Shown: positions 14,401 through 26,400 of the stretch, piece after piece | Position numbering within the stretch: position 1 is the first letter of the stretch | How the letters are laid out: each line of letters opens with the position of its first letter | Origin: Antedon mediterranea | Taxonomy: Eukaryota; Animalia; Echinodermata | NCBI RefSeq assembly: GCF_964355755.1 | Contig: NC_092670.1 | Location: forward strand, 30,988,388-31,052,387 | Direction: 5' to 3' | Length of the DNA: 64,000 bases | Position numbers and translations under genes: made by a program | The notes under the pieces: model-generated | Told to the model about the DNA's origin: nothing | Seen by the model: the letters and a program-made list of their open reading frames with translations, nothing else | Databases searched by the model: none

Positions 14401-17400
14401 GACCGACGACTTTTCCTAGGTCAGGTCAATCAATGTGTTGTAAGTTTGTCTGGACTTAGAAATTATCATCATCTGTGTTAAGGTGGAAAACACGTCCCAA
14501 TATCACAGTTGATTACTTACATACTTTAGTTGTCAGTCATCGCAAACCGAAAAATCCATATTGACCAGCACATATTAAAATGTTTTCTTCAATCAGGATA
14601 TATTTCTAATAATATAATTATATATACATCGAAACTGCTATAAAAAAAAAAAGATATTCCTTGATGTCAAACATTGACGTACAAACCATGTCAGCCAAAA
14701 AATTTGACCAGAGTGCCATTGGTAACAACCTATCACCCTAGGTTGCCTCCATTACGGGCTATTATTGAGAAACATATGCCCATTCTACAGTCCACAAAAC
14801 GTCTCAGGACTGTTTTTCCGGAACCACCCATTATTGCATTTCGTAGACCTCCCAACCTTTGTGATATACTTTATTAGTCAGATCCAAATTTAAGAGTGAA
14901 ATTAACTCTCATGTCACCTTTGCAGCAAATCTTGCAAAACTTGTTCATTGGTTGATTCTACTGAAAAATTTAAGAGTAACCAAACTGGCCGCATTTTTCG
15001 GATAAAACAATCAATTAATTTTCTAACCAAAAACGTCATTTATCTCATATACTGTAATATTTGTGGCAAACAGTATGTCGGAGAAACAAAAAACACTCTC
15101 CGTATAAGAATGACAAAACACAGATCAGCTATCAAAACATTAAAGCTTGATCAACCTGTAGCCGAACATTTTAATTCAGCTGGTTACTCGATTGCAAATT
15201 TCAGAGTTATTGCAATAGACCACGATGTCAAATGGAGCGACAAAACTCGCAAAGAAAACCACTGGGAATTACAACTTAAAACCACCGTAACCTTTTGGAC
15301 TTAACATTAGGAACATACTCCCAGATTGGTAAGATTATTCCATTGACTACCAAAATGTAAGTTTCAATATTAATCACCATTTAAGCTGTTTTTTAGTTTC
15401 ATTCCAAAATTGTTTATCTCTCTACCAAGCTACCTTCTTTGTTTTCTACTCTTATTCAGAATCCACCCTGCCTCCTTTGTTGTATTTCTTTTATTCCTGT
15501 CCACCCAGCCAGCACTTGCCAGCTGGGTGTCACGAAAGCTCAGACCACGAAAGCTCAGACCCCCTAAGACCTAAGATCACGAAAGCTAAGACCCAACACC
15601 TAAGATTACAAATATTTATCTTTCGCACCTGCCTTGTATTTTAACTCCTAACATTTATTCTGAATACCACACCTTAGAATTGGCACTTTCATGAAAAAGA
15701 ATCACATAAAAAGTAACAAATACATTTTTAAATTGATGATTTTACAGACGTTTTTCTGGCACACAAAATGACTAGCCTACAGTACAGTAGGCCTACCCCA
15801 TGGGCCATGTTCAATGTTTTTGTTTCTATGGAACGTCAAAAGAGCAAAAATTATATAGAGGGCTGAAAACTCTGTGGAGTCCATCTACAGTGTGGATGGA
15901 ACAATGTAAAATTAAAATTGTAATGATAATAGTATAATCATGCAAGTACGAAGAAATAAATACTGGCAAATAAATTTTAATTTAAAAATCATGATAAGTT
16001 TTTTTGTTTCGTTTTCTTTCTGTTTTTATACTTGTACTATTATTGTTGCTCTTTTGGCGCTCCATAGAAACAAAAACATTGAGCATGGCCTGGGGAGCTC
16101 GAGGAGTTACATTACAGTATACAAAGAAACACATCTGTAAAATCATCAATTTAAAGGATTTATTTATTTGTTATTATGTGTTTCTCCTTCTGAAAGTACT
16201 TATAAGTCCTAATTTTAATGTGTGGTGTTCAGAATAAAGTTAGTCAACAAATTTGGAGTCAAAATACAAGAAAGGCAGGTGCGTAAGAAAAACATCCTCT
16301 GAACCAACACAATGGAGTAAATATATACCAACAAACAACCCGTCAAGTTTGTTTGTTGTAAAGAAAAAATATACATTTACTCAACGGGCGAAAATAATGT
16401 GATTTTATCTATGTTTTGCGGTAGTATTAAATTATATTTATGGTAATAAATGAAACCTACTGTGTTTAAAATTATGTATGGATAAACAAGTATTGTTTTT
16501 AAGCTGTAGTATATCTTAGTATTTGTAATCTTAGGTGTTGGGTCTTAGCTTTCGTGATCTTAGGTCTTAGGGGGTCTGAGCTTTCGTGGTCTGAGCTTTC
16601 GTGACACCCCTTGCCAGCTCTTATACAATGACGTTATCCAAATTCCTTCACTTGCACTGATGAAAGGCTAGTGTTGCCCGAAAGCTCTGCTTACATTTCT
16701 GGCTGTTTTACTTATCGTTTTAATAATATAATTATGTAATACATTTACCGTACATCGTGACAATAAAATATTTATTCAGAAGACCCCTCAAATTAAAATT
16801 ATGCTGCTATAATAGACTCATGCTTTTCATTCATATATTTATTTCTTTCAATCTACTTATAAAGATGGAGTGCACCACCAACCTATGCATTTAGTGTCTG
16901 CATCGATGGACAAAACAATGATCATCTGGAAGCTTGATACCGATTCAGGAATTTGGATGGACAGTGTAAGGATTATAAATAATTGTTTTATTAAATTACT
17001 TAAAATTATACTGTATATTCTTGTTAAAGGAGCTGTTGCCTTTTGGTTAAATCATGAAGTTGTAATTACAACTGCCTGGTTAAATCAAGGCAATCTAACA
17101 ACAGGACACTGTTTAATGGGCAACCGTATTTGCTGTTTTGGATGAAAATCTTTTGTCATATGTTGTTGTACACTGGTTTGTCTACAGGTACGTGTTGGTG
17201 AGGTTGGAGGGAATACTCTAGGCCTGTATGGATGTCAGTTTAGTCCTAGTGGTGATGCAATACTAGGGCATGGATTCCAAGGAGCATTCCATCTTTGGCA
17301 CAAGGAAGGTATAGATGTAAGTAAACCAGTGATGGATGGTTGAGTGACATGATAGAATAAAAAAGTGGACGTTGCTGTGGAAACAATACCTAAACACTTG

Positions 17401-20400
17401 TTAATTGTTTTCTGTATTTGTGGTGATGATATTTTTTTGTTCAACAATATATCAATCAAACCGTTTATATTGGTTTTTTTTTTGTGTTTATTTTTATTCA
17501 TTTACATTTTTTTAAAAATGATTTATGATATTTTTGCTTTATTTGTGTGGTTGATTTGTTACTGTCATTCTGTTCAAAGGATAGGTGTAATTAATTAAAA
17601 CTTCAACAACGCGATTAGTGGATACGGTTGGCAGGCTGCCGAGACTAAACACTTTTAATTTGACGGCCTGGCATGGTATTTGTAGATCCGGCCATGGCGG
17701 TACACAATAAAGGAGGTTGCATAGTTGATACGTGACGTAACGACTCGTGAAACGGTTATTTTTTACTTTTTTTAGTGTTTATTCTTAAAATGCAGAAAAG
17801 TGATATAGCCTATCGTGTATAGAAACATCGGTGTGCCACATGTGAGCACATATCATTCAGTGGTTTCGGAGGAGATACAACAAATTATGTGAATAATAGC
17901 ATTAATATAGATAATAAAAATGAATACTTTTTTTTCCAATAGTGTGATAATAAATGGTCCCCGGGTGTGGTTGTTAGTGGTCACTTTGGGTCAGTTGAAG
18001 GTCTTGATTGGGATCCTCAGAATGGAAACTTTTTACTGAGTGTTGGTTCAGACCAGACTACTAGATTACATGCACCATGGGTACAAGATAATTCAGTAAG
18101 TTGTTTTTATATTATGTATGTCACAGTATACGTAAGGTTAGATAAATATAGAAAATTAAATATATCCCATAAAAGATGAAGAGAATAAAATATAAAGATA
18201 AAGTAAAAATTTACTATATAAAATTATAATTTATGTATAAGATAATGTATCGTTTATTTTATTATTTTTATATATTTTACCGTTTATATTAAACCGTGTT
18301 CTACTGTATTATTGATGTTTTATAAAAATATGGATTTTTTTTTTCCAAGAAATAATTTCCCAATAAAAGAGAAAAAATACTATCCAATAAATACAAATAA
18401 GAGATTTAAAATCTGATACAATACAAATAAGAGTTTACACTGATTAACATTTGGTTTATTTATTAATTGCCACTCTACATATATTAAGGCCAATTTACAC
18501 ACATGAGCAGTATCGGTAAGTAAAATACCGCAATTTAACTTGTCCCACAAAAAATCTGTATCCATCCTGATCTGAACCAACCGGCCGCTCCAGTGTTTTG
18601 TGTAAATAGTCATAAGAAATAACATAGACTCTATATATTTGTTTTCTGGTTACTATTACCGGTTACCATTACCGCTCGTCTGTGTAGATTGCCCATGTTT
18701 ATTTTTTCAGTTACATTGTTACACAAAATTGATTGACTATTAAAGTATTAGTCATGCAATACATGAAACATATCTTTTAGATTTTGAAGATAAACATTTT
18801 TAAATAAACAAGCTAGATACACAATGTAGTGTATTTATTAATTTATGTAGTTTAGAGGGGTCATGCTAATTTTCACCCGGTAGGGTTTAATGAGATAAAA
18901 TGTTATCAAGTACATGCTAACATAATATTTAATGTTATTGTGATATTTAATTTATTACATTTTTTTTAAATAATATAAAAAATTGTCAAAATATCTTATA
19001 TTTTTTCCGAAACTCATGAGCGCCCTCTGTGATAAGTGATGTTTTGTTGACACGTTGCGACGAATGAAAGGTTTAACAATATTTGAACTGATTTTAACTT
19101 GTTTCTGGAAAGAAAAATATATATATCTAATGGCCCATTTACACTTGGACGATAACAATCGACGATAAATAGATAAGCATGTACTTTTCATTATAAAACA
19201 AGAAATCTAAATTTTATACACAATAATATCGTGACAATACAACGATTTTATAGTTTTTATAATCAGGACAACATTTGGTTGGGTTTTAAAAAATATTATT
19301 TTTATCAAAGACAGCATAAATGATTATCCTATAGTTCTAGAACGAAAACCTTTCTAATATCTTTTGTTTAATGTAAGAGAAATGCATGCTTTTCTATTTA
19401 TCGTCAATCGTTATCGTCCTAGTGTAAAATGGGCCTTACATCTAAATAACATGTACTTGACATATTTATATCATAAATTCTTACCAGGTGATACCCCCTA
19501 CCTTTTGATTCCGGCCCAAGTACATACGTGGCACATTGAGTCTGAGGCAGGTCGTTTCCAATAGGTGAAAAATACGCGGTATAGGCCTAAACTAGACTAA
19601 CAGGAATAGGCCTAGTGTATAAATTATAGAATATAAAAAAAAAGTTTTGATTGGTTGAACAATTGTTCACCTATTGCCTGTGGTGGTGGGGTGGAAACAA
19701 CCTCCTTAGGACTTGATGTGTTGCATGTACTTGTGCAGGTTTCGATCCAAGTCGGCCCTAAACCGTCTCGGCCAAAGTCAAGTCGGCCCCAAGTCAAGTC
19801 GGCCTCAAGTCAACTCGGCCGCAAGTCAACTCGGCCTCAAGCCAACTCGGCCTCACGTCAACTCGGCCAAAAAATAATCGGTCAACTCGGCCCATTAAAG
19901 TATGGAACGCAAAAAGTGCAAATGAAGGGGATTGATAAAATAATATTTCTTCACAATTTTTTAACTATGAATAATTCTGACTTTTAATGAATATTATTAT
20001 TTAGACAAAATATTTAGCAAAAAAATAGGAATGATTTCACCAACTTTCCTTTATTTACGTTTAATAAAATTTCGTAGCTGAGCCTCCCTGTGCGTTTGCC
20101 AGCTTTTTCGATATCTACAACTGCTACGTGTTTTCGCTGACCGGGGGATTCCCCTTTTTTTTAAACGCAAATCATGCACAAAAACGATGTACGATCATTT
20201 TTTCTATGGCCAAATGGTGGAACGTAGGCCTCCGTCTTCGATTTCCTAAAATACGGTACCTGCACGTGTTTTTTGTAACACGCGGGTACTTCTATTCATA
20301 TCGGCAATGAGTTCATTTTTTTATATGATATTATATTTTTTATTTCTTCATTTTTTTTAAAACGTGGATAGTAAGAATCGTAATAATATTAAGCACTTTT

Positions 20401-23400
20401 TGCGTTCCATACTTTATTGTGGCCGAGTTGACCGATTAGTTTTTGGCCGAGTTGACGTGAGGCCGAGTTGACTTGAGGCCGAGTTGACTTGAGGCCGAGT
20501 TGACTTGGGGCCGACTTGACGTGGGGCCGACTTGACTTTGGCCGAGACGGTTTGGGGCCGACTTGACCTGCACCCCTTGTGCAAGTTTGAGCAAGTTGGC
20601 TCCATGCAGCAGTCACATTTTCTTATTTGACCCGATGTCAAGGGTCATATTTGTTGAGACGGCCGAAATGGTAAAAGAGCTGAAGGTAGTAATGGCGTTC
20701 CATATACATATACTGTACATACCTACCATAACGCCATGTACAGCCATATCTAACATCTGAAAATATACTATTTACAGTCTTTTCACTTGCATTTGTCTTC
20801 TTATCACAGATCAGTTGGCATGAGTTAGCACGCCCTCAAGTACATGGCTACGATATGCAGTGTTTATCAATGGTTTCTGGCAATAGATTTGTATCGGGTG
20901 CTGATGAGAAAGTAAGTCAAGCTACATTGTCAGGAAACTCCTGCGATTGATAAACGGAGGTCTGCTACGTAATGCATAGCTTTTGAAAAATGTAACTTTG
21001 TTTCTAATTTGTTAAGGTTGTTCGTGTATTTGATGCACCATTGAATTTTCTAAAGAATTTCTTACATTTATCAAAGATTGAGCTTTCAGCAGATGAATTG
21101 GAAAAGGTAAATTTTTTATAAATATAATACAGTATGTAAACATAATATGTTGAACTCCGATAGTTTCAAAGCATATACCTTTCAATTCAATTCAAAATTC
21201 TTTAATCATCCCACACGGGGCAATTCAAATAAAAAGGTCTGGATTAAAATGATCTTACAAAATATACAAAATATCACAATACACAGTAAAAAAAAACAAG
21301 AGTCAAGGTTCAAGAATTTAAGAGTCGAATAGCCACTGGCAAAAATGAATTCCTTTTCATATCATCCTATGAACAGTCTAAAACCAGTAGATTTGATACT
21401 AAGAAGCCTAAATATAATGACATTTTAAATTTGGTTATATCCATTTACAATGAGTGTAAAATAGGCATGTTCCTTTTTAGCCTTTAATCTTGTTTTCTTT
21501 TATAGTCTGCTACAAATGCTCCAATGGGTGCAAGCGTTCCTGCTCTTGGTCTTTCTAACAAGGCTGTATACAAAGTTGAATCCACGGCACCAGAACCAGA
21601 CAGAGAAATTAACCATCCCAGTGAGCTGTATACAGAGATATACTTCTCATCTGTCAACTTAAACAGTGAGTTAATTTATTATATGATTTTTTTCTTGTTT
21701 ATCACCATTTATCTAGTTTTCTCCAGTATCATAGGAATATATTGTAATACTGTAAAACGTAACATATATCTCCTCAGATCATTTATTATCATATCAAGGC
21801 CTACATTAACCTTTAACCTAGTCTGGGTTCCAGACGGAGTTTTGTCTTAATATTAGTAAAAAGATAAATATTTTGGCACATATGGCGTTTCATACGTATA
21901 CTACTTGATTTTGGATACTCCGTCTGGGGAAACATGCACAAGTCACGTGGTTTGACACCAAGAATTCTTGGTGCATACGATTATCCGGTTGACTAGTTTC
22001 AGCTGCATGCGATTGGCTACTCACTCGTACACCGTTTTAATATTCATATTTAAGAATTTCAAAGGACTCAACAACTAAGATGATGCGCATGCGCTATGTT
22101 ACGTTCAGACAATGTGTACTTGGGTACATTGATGAAAGTTTCTGAAGGCTAGAAATGATTTTATATGCCTAGTATAGTCTGATAAACATTTGATCGGATT
22201 TTTCCCAAGAACATGAAAACTCGTCTTGATATGATAGGCTAGCTTCTCCGCAAATCAAACATTGAATGGATCATTTATTACGCGGAGATACTTTGATTTA
22301 ATTCCCACCCGGCCCGTTTTATTTGGCAGGTCATACGTGCGAGGGTTCACCCATGCGAGTTGAGTAGGACCTACGAAGGAGGCCTAGGCCAAGGACTAAA
22401 CAATTAATAAACCAAACAACTTGGCAACACGATTTTATATTTCAACAGTCTCGATCGTACATTCAGCACTGTACGTACTCGATCTTTTTCATTTTGAAAC
22501 AAAATTAATGATCATTAGTTGATTTTGAAATCCATATTTACATACCGCCCGCCCCATATAGTTTATAGCCAAATACGCTATGATAACCTACGTCAATCTT
22601 ATCGAATGTTTGCGGTCTGCAAATCGATTTCTATACGTGTTTCACAAGTCTGTATTTTCAGACAAAAATTGCGGTTGAAATAAAAACAAATAAATTAAAA
22701 AAAACCAATACAGACTTGGGGCAAGTCTACCTTTAACCTAACCTTACAATAGTAGAGGCACTTGTGATACAAATTAGATGTTGAATTGCCAAATATTCCT
22801 ATGATACTGGCAAAATATTATATTATGATAATATTAATTTATGGTTTTTTTTGCAATAAAAATGTTTGAATTGAATTCTGATATTTTTAGACTTGAAAAT
22901 ATATTTCTTCATTTCCAGAACCTCCAACTGAGGAACATCTACTGCAAAATAGCCTCTGGCCTGAAACACAAAAGCTGTATGGACATGGATTTGAAATATT
23001 CTGTCTAGCCAGCCATCCAGCAGGCACATTGGTGGCTTCTGCCTGCAAGGTAAGATATTTTAGCATCATGACAATGGCTGGTTTAAAACTAATCCCAGGC
23101 CTATTATGGCACAATGTAGTTCAGGGAATTACATAGGAAGATACATTTATAAGTAGTTGAAAAAGGGGAGATTTATGATGTTGTTTCTAAGTCTATACAT
23201 GTAGTTTAAGAAGTATTAACTATATTAAACTATTTTAAACTGATAATCAGGTAGCTTGTATACTATAGCTGGGCAGATTATGGCCAAAAGTCCTCTAGAA
23301 AAGTTGAGGTGGCAATGGAAGTACAGTACTACCAGCTAATAAGCAAAGATGTAATATTTAATACAATAATTACATTGATAATAAAGATACGTAGATACAT

Positions 23401-26400
23401 AGTTTATGGGTTAAGATACATAGATACAAGTGGCTTGTCTTTGTAGTCCTAAGCATAAACATAAAACATATACGGACGCATTACAATTACATTAACAAAA
23501 AATGACATTTTGAGACAGAAAAAGAAAAAAAAACAAAGTGAGATAAGCAAAATATTTACAACCCCAATTTTGAAGTAGCAATAGTAGCTAGCAATATGCA
23601 TCTAATCTGCCGACCTAATATGTCCAGACTGGGCTTTTGGGCCCAACACATGTATAAATAGATCAGGAATTGGGATTAAATAAATACTCATACATTTAAG
23701 TATTTATGTTTATATACGGCTTTACCACGTTGAAACACCGGTTTTCGTCAGATCACCGAAGTTAAGCGACGTTGGGCCTGGTTAGAGCTTGGATGGGAGA
23801 CCATCTGGGAATAACAGGTGCTGTATACGGAGCTGGGGTCCCATTAGGCATTTGAAATCAGCACTGCTGACTCTTATGGCAGCCCCTGCATCTAGTATCT
23901 GCCTCAGACCTCTGGTCAAGGTGGGCACTGGACGAGAGAAGCCCTTGATCAATGTTAGGACCAATCAAGGTGCTTTAAACAGTCCTGGCTTTGTTTGTAT
24001 CAAACCTGTTAGTGGCGGTAATTATCGCTGTTGGTTTCGATTAAATAAAATAAAATAAAAAAAATTATGAGCATGAATCCCTTTTTAATTAATTTTCATA
24101 GCAGCTTAATACACTATAGTGCAACGTTAAATAAATATAATATTCATTTATGAATAACTTAATTTAAATACGGGTGCAAATGTTTATAATGTGTAACAAG
24201 GCCATATAGATGGCTGCAGTCGCGTGCTTAGTGTTTACCGACCGACCGACAAACCTACCAACTGACCAAAATTACTGAACATGTTTAAAAATGTTGAAAT
24301 GTTTAAAAACAGTTATATTTTTTAAATTTACACGTGCGTAGCCTGTCACTTTTGATGTGCTCGTATAACGTAATTTCGAGTTGAAAAGTAAGTCAAGAAA
24401 ACAGAAATCGGGCAAAAAGAGTGCGCAATAACATTTAACGCGCAGTGCGCATGCAAAAATCAGCGCACTCATGGCAATTTTGTAAACGCTTAAAATTGCC
24501 TGAAACGTACTCTTATTTCATCGAAAATAAATTTGGAAAATTTTAAGCGCGCGTACGCATGCGTTACATGCGCTACGCACGTAATTGTATTGCCATATGA
24601 TGATTTATGCCCTGAAATTTATGAGTACCAAATTTTATTTTATTGTGATTCATGGTTGTGAAGATATGATTACAAACGTGATTTTGTTAAATCGTGCGTA
24701 GACCGCGTAATTTTTTATTGCGCACCGTGAAAACATAACCACATCGATTCCTGGCCATAATGAATATACTGTGAAAAATTGACTTAGCTAGATTAAACTG
24801 ATATCAAGATAAGGTCACAAAGCGATAAAACGCATAGTGATACCGGACCGACACACCGACAGACCGACCGACATAGTGAACTATAGAGTCGCTTCCACGC
24901 AACTAAAAATTAATGCACCATGTAATATAACTTCCCACTGAAGACGGGATTGCTTCCCGAAATATGTATGCATGTTTATAACCATCATTTAATAAAGATG
25001 TTTTGTTTATGAAGTATAGATCTGAATTTGTATTTTCTCCATGCATTTACTAATTCAGGCTACAAGACCTGAACATGCTGCTATCATATTATGGGATACC
25101 TCTACATGGAAGAAACAGTGTCAACTCTACTCACATTCATTGACCATTACACAGCTTGCTTTCTCTCATGATGGCAACCTCTTGCTATCTGTATCACGTG
25201 ACAGAACCTGGTCACTGTTTAAGCGTAACCAAGATTCTCCACAAGATGGCCCATTGTACAGTAGGATTGCATGTACAGATAAAAAGACAATGATACATGG
25301 GCGTATCATCTGGGCGTGTTCCTGGTCACATGATGATCTATATTTTGTTACTGCTTCAAGAGATAAGAAGGTATGAAATGAATTTTTATTTATTAAGGTC
25401 ATGTGTTATTGTATTTGAATATTATTAATAATAGTATCGTTAGTTGTGAAAGATCTGTACATAATATTATTAACCCAGTTAATTGGATCAAACATGTATG
25501 GAAACATACTCACACAATGCAGTTAGTAACCAGCGCAAAGTTGTGGATTTACCTAACCAGGTACCCATTTGAACACCTCAGTGGAGAAAGCCAAACGTAA
25601 GTAAAGTGTCTTGCCCATACAAGCAATGTGACAAGCGTTAGATTTGAACCCATGATCAGTTGACTAACGTCCAACACACTGCGCCACACACCCTGTGTTA
25701 TAGGATCAAACTTTACCCTAAAATAAACTTTAACTAAAAAACATGTTATGGTGTTTAAACCCTACCAATTGGAAAGCTAAATTACTAACCATTCAACCAT
25801 TGAGTTGGCTTGAAAAAAAGCGTTGACATAACACTTCTGAAAAAGAGGCTGTTCTATGGTGTCAGAAGATGCTGTACAGTAGCCCATGTGAGATGGAGTT
25901 TTCTGCAGATAACACAAGACTACAGGTTTATTGTCCATGTACAAGTATCGAGTGTAATCACTACAGTACACTGTAAAAAAACATAGTATATTTTAAATTA
26001 TTTCAACATAAAAATTCTCTAATTAAGTTTAAACATGATGCTTGTATGAAAATGATAAGAGGTGATAGTGAGGCCATGCTTAGGAGGAGGAAAATTAGGA
26101 AAATTTATGTGTTAAATTTATTTTATATTGTATTTTTTAAAGGTAATAGTCTGGGGAAAAGGCTCTCCTCCAACAACTGAAAGTTGCCTTGGTGACTATA
26201 AAGCATGTTCTGTACCTCTTGATATCAAGGATTCAGCCACTGCCGTTGCATTTGCCCCTGTCTTTGTTCAAGATGGAAGGTATTCTAGCTATTTCTTGCT
26301 ATGTAAATAGTTGATCAATTCTGAAATAAAATAATTATTGATTGATAATTACTAATGATGATTCTAGTAGTTCTAATATTACTAATTTTCTTTTTATTAT

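Larger units (their letters stand above)
14430..16735 (+). mobile_element. Penelope-like retroelement 3' fragment (RT thumb, GIY-YIG endonuclease, terminal repeat), interrupted by a MITE
   Basis: Broken frames [55 protein letters not shown] (14674-14877), then [47 protein letters not shown] (14948-15304). A hammerhead motif follows after the MITE. Confidence 0.88.

Noticed and set aside
14948-15304. Stand-alone GIY-YIG nuclease gene or homing endonuclease
   Set aside because: It lies in a frameshifted Penelope-like ORF with upstream RT-thumb remnants; not an intact gene.
19655-20641. ORFs rich in PSQLG/KSTRPQ repeats
   Set aside because: They are translations of the 16-bp subterminal repeats of a non-autonomous transposon.
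23712-23828. Functional 5S rRNA gene
   Set aside because: Single intronic copy with several substitutions and indels, no T-run terminator, continuing into a SINE-like body and tail.
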